Source: Emiliania huxleyi CCMP1516
Lineage: Eukaryota
Assembly (NCBI RefSeq): GCF_000372725.1
Contig: NW_005201249.1
Coordinates: forward strand, 334,198 to 372,689
Reading direction: 5' to 3'
Length of the DNA stretch: 38,492 nucleotides
Both the position numbers and the translations under genes were made by a program. This document shows, in pieces, positions 22,301-33,475 of this stretch (its first letter is position 1; every line of letters starts with the position of its first letter). The notes under the pieces are model-generated. The model had not been told where the DNA came from. It ran no database searches and was given only the letters and a program-made list of their open reading frames with translations.

Positions 22301-25300
22301 CTCGCGAGGCCGCCGCCACTGCGTCACGACAGGCATGCCAGCCACCGGCTTGCCCTGGTTGTACACGGCGGGCTGGTCTTCGCCCGCGGCGCTCCCCGGC
22401 GCCTTCGGGAAGTCCGGGTCCACAAAGAGCCCACCGTTGGCCGCCGCATTAGCCTCGGCGAAGGCGACAAGCTCCTTGTGCTTCTTCTTGACGTTGTCCG
22501 AGAGCGGCTGCCCCTCGATCGTCATCATCGGCACGTTCTCTTTCCACTTGTCAAGCCGCTGCGCCTCCTCGAGCTCCATACGCTGCGCGTGGCCAAGCTT
22601 GCCGTCATCGCCGAGCTCCTCGCGCGTCTTTGAAATGTCATGCTTCGCGGCGGGCGGCTCGATCGCGCTCCTGGTGCCGGCTCCTGGGCCAGCGATGCCC
22701 TGCGGCCGAGCGCGGTCGCCAAGATCGACGCCTCCTGTCGAGACGGAGCCACCTACTCGCGAGCTGAACCGTAACGCACTGCTCTTCATCACGCTGCCTG
22801 CGGAAACCAGGGCGCCGTTGAGCTGCTTGACGGTGATGGACGCGTCGGTGCTGTAGAGGGCGACAACGAAGGCGGCCTCCTGGCCCGGGGCAAAGGTGGA
22901 GGCGAGCAGCGTGTATGCGCCCGCCGCGGGCAGCGCGACCTCTGCCGACACCTCCTGCGTCCCAATCTCGAACTGCGATGCGCCGACCTGCTTCTGCCCG
23001 AGCTCCTCGTAAGGCCCCGAAACAAGGCCGCCGCCCGAGCCGAAGACGAGGAGGCCAATCGCGGGGGCGAGCGAGCTCGTCTGCTCCTGTGGGCAGGAGG
23101 GTTGAGGGGCGGGTGAAGGAGGGAAAATGGCCCACGTGGGGTGCTGTGCGAGGGGGAGAGGAGCAGCCGCCCGGTTCGCGCGCCTGGAGCGCCTTGGCGT
23201 CGGCGTCGCGCTGCTCAGCAGCTGCCTTTTGCGCCTCGGCCGCCAGCTGCACATGTGCCTCCTGGAGCCTCACCGCCTCAGCCGGTGCCACCTATTGACG
23301 TTGTCGTTCCAGGTAAGTTTGTGCAAACTGGCGTAGTCTGGGCAGGAGGGTTTCCAGGCGTCGCCTTGAGCGATAGGACTGCGACCAATGTGGTCGGCGC
23401 CGACACGCGAACCTCAAACTGCGGGTTCTGCGCCCACGTCTCGGGGTTGTTTGGGCATCCACCCGCAGTGCCCGCCTGGACCGACCACGCGCCAGACAAG
23501 CCTCGCTCGTGCCAGTCGCCCGAGGCGGGGAGCTGAGGGAGGCAAGGGGTGAAACTGGTGGGGAAGGGATCGGGTGAGGAGGTGATGGTAGCGATGGCGG
23601 TCAATGAGATCGGGGCGGCGAGTCTAGACATCGGTATTGTCTCGCACCGGCTCGAGGATGCAACCGGCTGGCGAGGCGGCGCTCAGGTGGAAAGGCATCT
23701 GCACGGCGGGCTCGTACGTGCATGGTACAGCGATGTACTCGACACCCGGCTCGAGCTCGGCCTCGAAGCAGACCTGTGGATGTGGCATGGACAGGTCAAA
23801 GACCTGGCCCCGGCTCGAATATGGTGAAAGGCCAACCTGCCGCGACTTGCCGAACCGGGAGCAGCCGAGCAGCTCCTCTTCGCGGAGGTACCGCTTGCGC
23901 CGCGCCGCTCCCTCGCCGCTGGAGGCCTTGAGGAGGTAAAGCCCGATGGCGTGCGGGTATGAGTCCGAGTCGAGGTTGCCGTCCAGCTCTGCGTCGGGCT
24001 GGGCGAGCGCGAGCAGCGCCGACGTCTTAGAGGCCACAGTGAGACGGTACTGTGGGTTGCAGCGCCAACGCGTGCCAGGTGCGCGTGAGACGCACCCTCC
24101 CGCGCTGGCCTGCGTCCACTCGCCGGCAAGTGTGGCGCGCGAGGTGTCCTCGTACATCCGGCACACGTAAACCTTGGTGAAGCCGGCGATAAAGTCGCCA
24201 AACGTCATCCAAAAGGTGCCGTCCTCCGGCGCACCCCCGAGGGCGGCGGCGGGCCCCTGCTGCGCAGCCCACTCGCTCGACCCGCTGCTCCACGCGCCAC
24301 TCCACTGACAGAGGGGCACAACCCGGCCGTCTGCTCCGGGCTTGCCGTAGCAGACGCGCATCCGCACCATCTGCAGCCCCTCTGCCTCGCGCATCTCCAC
24401 GACAGGGTGGACGAGGGGGCGGTACCTACACGCAGAGAGTCCACCACCGTGAAGAGACGACAGCCTCTTCCGCCGGAGGCTGGACGAAGGGTGTGTAACT
24501 GGTCGTCGGGCAGCGCTGCCACCTCCCCGTCGGCAGCGTGCTTCTTCTTGAAGGTTGCGCCGAGCAGATGGCCGGCTGAGAGCAGCCCAGAGAGGCGGGT
24601 CCACATCACTCCGGAGGTGACGTCCGCTGACGGTGTGACCTGCTGCTGCTTCTCGCCGAGAAAGGGACCGTCGCGGAGGTAGATCTTGTCTGAGTAGCCG
24701 CCGGTGAGGTCCTCAAGCGAGGCGCCCACCCGCCCGCCCGACATGGCCTCGTAGCAGCCGTACATCTTCGCGAGGCCTGCATACTCAGCGGGGTTGTGGA
24801 CACGTTATGAACGCGCGTCCTGATTGGCACGGTGCAACCATATGTGTGCGGTGGGGGCTCACCTTTGAGTATGATTGCGACCGGCCCCTCGCGCGGCTCG
24901 CCCTCCGAGGAGTAGGCGAGCTGGCGCTTGCCGTGGCACGGGAGGAGATCGTCCACGACCACCGTTTGCCACCGCCCGTCCTTGAAGAAACGCAGCCCGT
25001 GCATCCCCGCGCCCTCCTGCGACCAAGCGAGCACGCGGCCGAGCAGCCCCGGCCGCGAGCGAACCATTGCAATAGCGCCGAGGATATGCCGATCCTCGAG
25101 GCCGTCGCGCGGGATGATCAGCGTGCCCGGCTTGCCATACGTCCCACCCAGGTCGCCGCCACCCGAGAGCGCGTGCAGGCGGGCCCACGCGTCAATCTTT
25201 TTTGAGCGCGCGGCAGGTGCGCCGGAGATGTAGAGCGTCTTCGAGTCTTTACCGGCGCAGTTGAAGGAGCCGTCCTCGTACACGGTCTTACCTCGGCCCT

Positions 25301-26011
25301 GCTGCTCTGCCAGCTCGGCAAGCGCAGACTTGATGGCGGGGTCGTCGCCAATGGATGCCGCCGCGCCGCTGCTGGCTTGCGCCGAGGGAGCCGCGGCTGG
25401 CTGTTTTGGTAGCGGCGTAGCCGACCGAGGGTGAGGCTCTAGCGTGAAGTCGCCGCCCTCGTGGCCGACGCCCAGGGTGAAATCTCCCTCCTGAGGCGCA
25501 TCAGATACCGGGCTGCAAGAGCGCGTGGGTGGGAGCAGCGCAGTGCTCTGCTTACCTGCCCGGGCTCAAAGGTCGATGCCAGGATCACGTAGCACTCACC
25601 CTCTCCGAGCGGTGGGCAAGCAAAGGTGACCCGCTGCGCGGCGGAGGCCTTGTACTTTGACTTTGTGACGATCATAGAGCTGCTCATCGTCGGCCCGACT
25701 GGCACCCCCAGCTTCCCCTTGAGCACCACAAGGCCGATCGGCAGCAGCGCCTGCCCAGATGGCAGCGGCAGGGCGGTCGAGTGGTGCTCGGCGTGGCACG
25801 CGCGTGGCCACTTCGAGATACGAGTGCCCAGTTATCTCGCATCTATCGCGCGGGCGTCCGGCGCTTGCTTCTGCGACAGCTCGACGATGCAATCGCCGGC
25901 AGTAGAGGGGGCGAGGGTAAACTGCGGGTTGGCCGGCCATGTCGGGTGCTTTGGACACCCGCCCGTCAGCTCTGGGCCGCGCCAGCTGCCATCCACACTC
26001 TTCTCCGCCAT
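19332..26011 (-). CDS. Large calpain-like protein: C2L-CysPc-C2L-C2L-CysPc-C2L-C2L-EF-hand-CaaX, multi-exon, both cores apparently inactive
   Basis: Calpain core motifs twice (VVDD.LP / LVDD.IP, AK..G.YEAM.GG...LEDLTGG, W.G.WS, DGTFW....DF...FTKVY.CR). Five domain-III blocks (G.W....GG......W..NPQF ... TFEPG). EF-hand DLDGDGQISQAE. Ends GCAVM*. Confidence 0.85.
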
Positions 26012-26121
26012 GCGCCAACCGTCAGAAGTGTTGGTTGTAACTGAATTCACGACGTGCGTCCCTTCGCGAGCAGCCGCGCATCATGAATCGATGGGTCGCC
26101 TCCAGAGACCCGGCAGGGGTG

Positions 26122-27506
26122 ATGGCGCCTGCGCCGTTGGTTGTGCTTGCAGCGGCCGCTTCGTCGGCGAGTCGCTCAGGGTGCAAACGCAGAGGGGCAG
26201 AGGAGGGCCTATGGGCCGGCGCTTGCGTGCCGCTAAATTATGACCTCAGTGGCCCGTACGCCTTCAACAGCGAAGATCCCAAGCGGTGCTGCTGCCCTGG
26301 CATCCCCCGGATTGAGAGGCGTCCAGTCACGGGCCCAATGATGCACGCCGACTACCCAAATGTGAAGGTTTGCCGCGATCCATCATTACACGCGCAGCCT
26401 CGCAGGACGCCCGCCTCCTCCACCTCCTCACCTGATCCACCGGGCGCGGCTCCGACCGCAGAGGGCTGGTTTCTGCTCGGACAGGGCGCTGCGCTTAAGA
26501 AGACAGCGCTGCCGCCCGCATCTGCACGGTCAACGGTCGCCATCGCGGTGCCGCTCCACCCACCGGCGTTTGCCTGGGGATGCGGGCTCCTCCACTCGGC
26601 AGCGACTCACGGCCGCCGCTACCTGGTCGTGCCTATCTTTTCGAGCAGGCTCGAGATGATGCGCTGGGAACGACGCCACGCCTTCCATCGCGCGACCGCC
26701 CTCCTTCTCTCCATCCCGGCAAGGGCGGTGAAAAATCTGGCGGCGGCCATGAAGCTGGCCGCCGTGCACCGCATCTTTGCGGATGCGGCATTCGTCACGC
26801 ACGTTCTTGCCGTCGACGCAGACTCTGCGGTGACTGGCTCTGCCCTCGAGCCTGCCATTGCCGCATGGGAGAGGCGCGGGACAGTCGCAATCTGGCGGCA
26901 GTGCCCGGCCGGCACCACAGGCGGCGGGAGCAGGGCCGAAGCGCAGCCGGACCCAGGATCGAAGCTCGGCAAGGGTGGCGGCTGCAACGCGTTGGAGGCC
27001 CAGGTCACTCACGCCTCCTGCGCCGCCGTCGGTCTCGCGGTGCACTGGAGCACGCCGATCGACCTTGAACTCGCAAACGTGCAAAAGTGTGGCGATATAT
27101 TCTACCATAGGCGCATGCTGGGTCCGCCCACCTCACTGACGCGCCCGTGTACGCCCGGCGGCACTTCCTGTCCTTTTGGGCGCGGCTGAGATGGGGGAAG
27201 GTTCGCGGGCGGGCGGACGTCAACCTTGCCTATCTCTGCTACCTGCACCACGAGGCGAACTGGACGCTCGCGCCAATAGCGGTCAACCCAGAAACACACG
27301 CGGGTTGCGGGCACCCGCTGGTGCACACGGTCTGGTCACGGCCAGCGTGCCGGCGCATTTCGCTTCGCTTCGGCCTCGACCAACGCCGCATCCACTCCGG
27401 GGCAAACGGGAGCGATCTGCGCGCCCACTCAGAGCCGGCAGCCCCGCCACAATGCTTTGCGCAAGTCCAGGCACCGAGCTATCTCAAGCTGCAGGACATC
27501 AGGTAG
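26122..27506 (+). CDS. Putative GT-A-like glycosyltransferase, signal-bearing
   Basis: Hydrophobic N-terminus and VAIAVPLHPP strand. K...(hydrophobic)VDADS DxD motif. GT-AG intron 27040-27110 joins in frame to TDAPVYARRHFLSFW of ORF 27147..27506. Confidence 0.55.
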
Positions 27507-27660
27507 TAGTAGTAGAAGTATTTGTAGTAGGGACCCTAACGAGGGAGAGAAAGAACTAAAATACAACCAATCCTGTCAGGAAAGAGAAAGCGGACACAAA
27601 ACAAGAAAACATGACAAAGCGGTCCCACGATTGCGGATGTGGGGACTACATGATAACTGA

Positions 27661-28508
27661 GAGACTATGGAGAGTTCACGTCATGACGGTTAGCCGCTGT
27701 CATGACGGTTAGCCGCTGTCATGACAGCTGCCAGCTGTCATACAGCAAACGACAGCGACAGTGACACCTACCTGTCACCAGCTGTCACCAGCTGTCACCA
27801 GCTGTCACCAGCTGTCACCAGCTGTCGTTGCTGCTGTCGTTGCTGCTGTCGTTGCTGCTGTCGTAACCATCCCCGACGGTCCAACTGTCACTGCTGCTGT
27901 AATTGCGCAGCTGTCATTCCTGCTGTCATTGCTGCTGTCATCGCTGTCGTTGCTGCTGCTGTGCTGTCATTGCTGCTGTCATTGCTGCTGTCATTGCTGC
28001 TGTCATTGCTGCTGTCATTGCTGCTGTCATGAGCACCCCCGCAGGACAGTGTGTGGTGCCACTAGCGAGAGAGACAGGACACTCAAGATATAGATGCATG
28101 CGCGCGAGACCGCTCACTCGCACGCCCGACGCCACATGAGAAACCCTCTCAACAGTAGCCACGCACGCTCAGCAGCAGCGGGCGTGAGTCGGAGAATCTG
28201 CAAAACCCTTGCCCTCCTTCCTCCAGCATGTGCCGTGATGGGCTCCAGCGCTGGTTCATCTGCCGCTCAAAAATCTCACGCGAGCGAACGGTGTCAATCC
28301 TCAGCCGCGAGGATTGGGACCTTGAAATCACGATCACAAGCAAACGCGCAGAGCATTGAGCAACACACCTCGGGTTGAACCTCTCAAGGTGCATGCTGTC
28401 ACCGGCAGTCTGCATGTGGATCGTAGACGATGACTATGGCTGGAATAAGCTCAAGTTCGTTCACGAGGGCTATGGCTGCCTCACGGCTGTGCCTGTGGCG
28501 CTGCCTCG

Positions 28509-28559
<51 letters not shown>

Positions 28560-28837
28560 TCACTCGCGGGGCCCCGCGCTGACATTGTCACCGCCTGTCG
28601 TTGGCATTCACTGGCTTCACTGTCACTGTCACTATGGCTGTCACTGTTCCTGGTGCCTTTCACTCCTCCTTGGCAGCTGGCTGTCACCAGCTGTCACCAG
28701 CTGTCACCAGCTGTCACCAGCTGTCGTTGCTGCCGTCGTTGCTGCTGTCGTTTCGCAGCCGCTGTCATGACATATTGACCACGTCATGACGGTTAACAGC
28801 CGTTTTAACCGTCATGACGTGAACTCTCCATAGTCTC
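27661..28837. mobile_element. Non-autonomous PIF/Harbinger-type element (1177 bp)
   Basis: Perfect 32-bp TIRs gagactatggagagttcacgtcatgacggtta and a 3-bp TSD TGA (27658-27660, 28838-28840). Interior arrays of CTGTCACCAG, CTGTCATTGCTG and CTGTCG. Confidence 0.82.
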
Positions 28838-28964
28838 TGAATGTTTGGGCCCTCGCGGAAAGAAAACCGTCGTTTTTTTGCGAACAAGCGCGCCCGCCGC
28901 ATCGGCTCGGCCCGGTCTGTGGCACGCGATCTCACTCCCTGGCCCGCTAGTGCCCCGAGAAGCA

Positions 28965-29519
28965 ATGGGCGGCAATGAGCTCGAGGAGGGCGCTGGTCTC
29001 CAGCTCGACTGGACAAAGCTCGACAAGGTCGCCAGCAAGCACTGTGACGTGGTGCCGGTCGTCGTGCAGGACTCGCGCTCCGGCGCCGTGCTCATCTGCG
29101 CGTATGCAAACGAGGCTGCGCTCGAGGCCACCTTCAAGCAGCGCGTGGCCTGCCTCTGGTCAACCTCGCGCAACGAGCTGTGGGTCAAGGGTGCCACGTC
29201 TGGCGACACTCTCGACCTCGACGATGTCTTCATCAACTGCGAGCAGAACTCGCTCGTCTACAAGGTGACGCCGCGTCGCAAGGGCGCGTGCCATACCAAG
29301 GACCAGTACGGCAACACCCGTGTCAGCTGCTACTACCGCCGCGTGGCGCCGACGGCCAGCGGCTCTCTCCAGCTGAGCCACGCCGAGCCCGTATGCCCCG
29401 AATGCCCCGTGCCGCCTGCGCCAGAAACAGTCAACCGCGCCGCCCTGCTTATTGCCTTTGCGGCCGGCAGCGTGAGCGCCGCGCTGCTGACTGCTGCGGT
29501 GCTCCGGCGACGAAGGTAA
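28965..29519 (+). CDS. hisI: Stand-alone phosphoribosyl-AMP cyclohydrolase with C-terminal membrane anchor
   Basis: VPVVVQD..SGAVL..AYANEAAL, WSTSRNELWVKGATSG, NCEQNSL, GACHT and SCYYR. Intronless. Tail AALLIAFAAGSVSAALLTAAVLRRRR*. Confidence 0.85.
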   Translation: MGGNELEEGAGLQLDWTKLDKVASKHCDVVPVVVQDSRSGAVLICAYANEAALEATFKQRVACLWSTSRNELWVKGATSGDTLDLDDVFINCEQNSLVYKVTPRRKGACHTKDQYGNTRVSCYYRRVAPTASGSLQLSHAEPVCPECPVPPAPETVNRAALLIAFAAGSVSAALLTAAVLRRRR

Positions 29520-29870
29520 CCGTCGCCGCGCCGTCGGTGCTGTGTGCTGCTGGATGCGTTGACTTTCCCGCGCGGTCCGCAGGTGAACCGCACCGCACAC
29601 GGGGCGTGCACACAGTGAGATAGGTCACATGCGCATGCACGTACATGTGTTCGCGGCTCTTGCATGGGGAGTATGCGGGGCATGGCAAAAGTATATATGA
29701 ATAACAACACCGCCGACACATTCTCTCCGCGCCGTGAGCGCTCTGTGAGGAGGCGCACTACCAGGAGCTCGTCCTATCGCGACAGGCAGAGCGTCGGCGC
29801 CGCACAACGCGAGGTAGATGCCCCATCCCGCGGACCTGCCCGTCCACGCCGCCCTGTCCCCAGCCTGCGA

Positions 29871-30347
29871 TCAACGGTGCCCGTTATTGGCATCTATCAG
29901 CCCGTCCACGCCGCCGTAGTAGGAGAACACGAATGCGAGGAGCGCGAAAATGGTGATCAGCAGCGAGCCAGCGATCACGCGCCCAATCGTGCCGTCCGTC
30001 GGGTCCTCCTCCGAGTAAACGTAAGCCTCGAGCTTGGCCTGCCGGATCTGCGCGGACTTTGTGTTGCCAAACTTCTCGGTGCCACCGACGCCAACGCGCC
30101 GGGCGTCGCCCTTCCTGCCGCCGCCGCCGATTTTCCCGAATCGCCCGCCCGAGCCACCCTGCGACAGGCGCCGATCATCTCCGTCTTCGATGCGCGAGCG
30201 CCTTCCGACCCGTCCGTCGGACCAGAGCTGCAGGACAGGCTGAGGCGAGCGGCGCGGCGAGACGACGAGGGCGGAGCGCGGCGAACTGGGCACGAGCGCG
30301 AGCGTCACGGCGCCGCAGCAGAAGAAGAGGTAGGTGATTGCGCGCAT
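29871..30347 (-). CDS. Small plastid-targeted single-pass membrane protein, unknown function
   Basis: Signal peptide MRAITYLFFCCGAVTLAL, a Ser/Pro/Arg-rich transit-like stretch and C-terminal TM VIAGSLLITIFALLAFVFSYY. Confidence 0.7.
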   Translation of the reverse strand: MRAITYLFFCCGAVTLALVPSSPRSALVVSPRRSPQPVLQLWSDGRVGRRSRIEDGDDRRLSQGGSGGRFGKIGGGGRKGDARRVGVGGTEKFGNTKSAQIRQAKLEAYVYSEEDPTDGTIGRVIAGSLLITIFALLAFVFSYYGGVDGLIDANNGHR

Positions 30348-32106
30348 CGATTTCGCAACAGAAGCGTGCGACGCCAACGAAAGAATTCGCGCGACCCGGT
30401 TTTAGGTATGTTGTTGGCAATTCAAGACACAGAGCTCACACAGGATCACAGCGGGAGGAAAGCGGCGAGTCGCAATTCCAGGGGTCGTTGTGGCGGGCCA
30501 CCCTGTCCAGAGAGGCATGGATACCAATCTGGGGTCTCTCGACCGAGTCTATGAAGGTTTGATCTCGATTGATCTCACTGAAAAGTCCTCCTCCTCCGGG
30601 AAAGTTAAATCGCCTAAAAGATAAATAAAAAGAATTCGCGGTATGACACCTCGTGTCGCGTGGCGGGAGGCTGCTCGGTGTGCGACCCCCTTCTGGCCAA
30701 CCCACCACCATCGACTCGACCCCCCCACTCTAGCGCCCCCGCCGCGGCGAGCGTCCCGATGACGAGTCACAGCAGACGGGCGGACTGACTCGCGATGAGA
30801 AAACTGCAACGTGTACACTTGGCCGAGGGACGCCAGCCCACCGAACCCGCGCACCCGCCAGACCCACCCTCCGTGTTACCCGCTGAGCCTCGTCCGTGGC
30901 TCAAACCGGGCGTCAAACTGGGTGGACAGTGCGCGAGGCGCATATGTCTGGCGGCGGAGGCTGCCTCAGCGCGCCCCGCCGTCTTGAGCAACTCGGACAT
31001 CCCTCTCTCTCACTGCCGAGATAAGAACATGCGACGTCCGCGTTCGAACCCGTCCCTCCGAGTGCGGCGCCGCGCGCCGCCGCTCCGCGAGTGACTCCGC
31101 CGCTGAGCCAAGCCGCCCCGACCTTGACAGGAGCGGCGGGATGACTCGCGGGAGGCTGTGAGTGGCCGTGAGAGGCCGTGGCACGTGGCCGGCGGAGGAC
31201 GACGTCGACGGCGGAGAGCTAAGGCTTCGCGACGAGTACGAGGCTGAAGCGCAGAGTCTCGCAAGCCAAACGGCGGAGGCGACACTGCAAGGTGACCGGC
31301 CCGCGCCCTCCGTGCCCTCCTCCCTGCCCGCCCCCTCCGCTCCTCCCCGCCCGACCCACGAGCGCCGATGACGACCCAACTCTTACCTACATTGCCCGAC
31401 GGGCTCTCCGCCCTCTGAGAGACATTTCAATCTCACGAATCCCGAGGCGCTCTCGGCCGAACCTTCTTGCCCGCACGGCCCCCTCCCCCAGCCCCACGCG
31501 CAAGGATGCTACTCAAACTTTCGTTCTACCGCACGCGGAGCCCTCCGTGGCCCGGTGGGGAAACTGATAGCTCTGGCTGACGCGCCTCTCACTCACTCAC
31601 TCACTCGCCCTGCCGCCGCATATCACGACGCGTCGGACATCCCCCCTCCCCCACCCCCCCAGGTCCTGCGTTCGTTAACCTCGTCGCCGCCGAAAGGGTG
31701 GCATCACCTTTGTTTCCAGTCTCCTACTCGGAACTCTCGCTAGCCACGTCTAGCCTACTCGTGGAGAGGTGGAGTGTGTGGCGGGGAGGGGGACTGCCCG
31801 GACTGGTCGGGTCTCACGCGTGTGTGTTCCCTGTTCCTCATCTCGTGTGCGCACACCTTGTGACGGTGCCCTGGCAAAATCGTTCGGCCCGGAGGGCGGG
31901 GGCGGGGGGTCAGGTAGGGCTGGCGTGGGGGGCCTCAGGTAAAGGTAAACCTGTCTCAGACCGCCGGAGGTAGAGGTAAACGGAGCCCAGGTGAGGGCAG
32001 GTAAACGTACGCCCGTGAACGTGCCCGCCGAGGGCTCGAGGTGGTGGTAACGAGGGAGACGCACAAGGCTGCGAGAGCGCTTCGCCTGCGGCGCGCCTGC
32101 CCGGCC

Positions 32107-32916
32107 ATGGACCAGGCTTCACCGCCGCTTGCCGACGGCTGGATTGAGGCGACGGCGCCGGACGGCAGCGCCTACTTCATTAACACGAGCACGCAGGAGA
32201 CGCGCTGGCAGCGGCCCGAACCAGCGCCGCCGCCGCCTCCGCCACCGCCGCTCCCGCCGCCGCCGCGTCTCCCAAGCAGCTGGCAGGCGCTCAAGGCCCC
32301 TGATGGCCGCACTTACTACGGCAATTCCATCACCGGCGAGATCTGCTGGGAACCACCTCAGCCTCAGCTGCAGCCGCCGCCGCCGCCGCCGCCGCTTCCA
32401 CCGCCGCCGCCGCCGCTTCCACCGCCACCGCAGCCGCCAGGTGCCGCCGCCGCAGGCACCGCCGCCACCACCGCTGCGCCACCCGCCGCCACCACCACGA
32501 CCATCACGGTCTTTTTGGTGGACAAGAGTCGGTGCTCCGAGGGCTTCTCAAAAGCCGACTTCCACGGCAGGCCGGGCCAGTCGGACCCGCTGCCCCTGGG
32601 GAATGACAGCTTCTTCCAGCCCAAGCTGATCCGCGTGGCCGTCGACGGCTTGGTGCGGCCGACCCGCGCATCGTTTGAGTCCTCGATCGCGTCCGGGCTG
32701 AGGCTGGGCAATACGGTCATGCTGCGGTACAGCTTGGTGCTGTCCGGCGCGCAGGTCATCACGCCGATCGCGGATGACGACGCGATCGTCACGTACCTCG
32801 AGCAGCCGCTTTTGGAGGCCAGAGACTGTACGATGACCGCCAGCACGGATGTGTTGAGCTTGCTGGCAATTTCTGGCGCGGAGCCATCGCTAATTTTTGC
32901 TTCGAGCTCCTCGTAG
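32107..32916 (+). CDS. Two-WW-domain, polyproline protein with possible PB1-like C-terminal part (3' end may be disrupted)
   Basis: LADGWIEATAPDGSAYFINTSTQETRWQRP and LPSSWQALKAPDGRTYYGNSITGEICWEPP with poly-Pro runs. LRY...ITPIADDDAI resembles an acidic PB1 motif. Confidence 0.7.
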   Translation: MDQASPPLADGWIEATAPDGSAYFINTSTQETRWQRPEPAPPPPPPPPLPPPPRLPSSWQALKAPDGRTYYGNSITGEICWEPPQPQLQPPPPPPPLPPPPPPLPPPPQPPGAAAAGTAATTAAPPAATTTTITVFLVDKSRCSEGFSKADFHGRPGQSDPLPLGNDSFFQPKLIRVAVDGLVRPTRASFESSIASGLRLGNTVMLRYSLVLSGAQVITPIADDDAIVTYLEQPLLEARDCTMTASTDVLSLLAISGAEPSLIFASSSS

Positions 32917-33347
32917 GTGATTGGGCCCAAGGCACTCCCAACCAGCTGCAGCCGCGCAGTGTCAACCTCGAGGTTGGGCGCACATGCACCCGCGTCGGAC
33001 GGGGCCGTCACAAGGAAAACCTTTGAGACGTCCGTCTCGATGCAGAGAGCGCCGGTGGCGTCGAGGGCGAGCTGTGCACGGAGAACATCGGGCAGGGAGG
33101 TGCCGTAATCAACTCGCTCCATCGACTGCTTCACTGTGTCGTAAGAGAATCCAGCGAGGTTGGTCACCTCGTGAAAGCTGGCGGGGTTGACGTAGCACGA
33201 GCTCCAATCGCTGCCCTGACCGTGCATGCCCGGGCCAATCAGCAGATGATTGATTGCACGACCGCCGCGCATCATGAGCTGCCGTTGCCAGGCCAGCAGC
33301 GTGGGCAGCTCATCACTCGTTGGCGAGCGGCCGATGGTGGGCCAGGT
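32815..33347 (-). pseudogene. Coding-like gene fragment on the minus strand, probably 5'-truncated
   Basis: Open, protein-like sequence (SDELPTLLAWQRQLMMRGG...VNPASFHEVTNLAGFSYDTVKQSMERVDYG...ITYEELEAKI) runs from the AT-rich block at about 33348 into the WW gene. Confidence 0.4.
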
Positions 33348-33475
33348 ACCAATTTTGTCGAATTTATTTCAAAATCTGCAGGCGCGGAGCGCCTGCGAAA
33401 ATTTTGAAGAAATTTGCAGTCGGGCCTGATTTTCATCAAGATCTTTCAAATTTGCGGTGTGGAGTTGGGGGGTGT

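Noticed and set aside
27721..28789. Cys-rich, Leu-rich and SD/CR repeat ORFs
   Set aside because: Translation of minisatellites inside the TIR element.
28845..29519. hisI as bacterial contamination or operon
   Set aside because: Composition matches the neighbours, it is flanked by eukaryotic genes and elements, and no other his genes are present.
30400..32040. Possible upstream exons of the WW gene or left end of a larger element
   Set aside because: Could not build a consistent spliced frame or match the end at about 34565.
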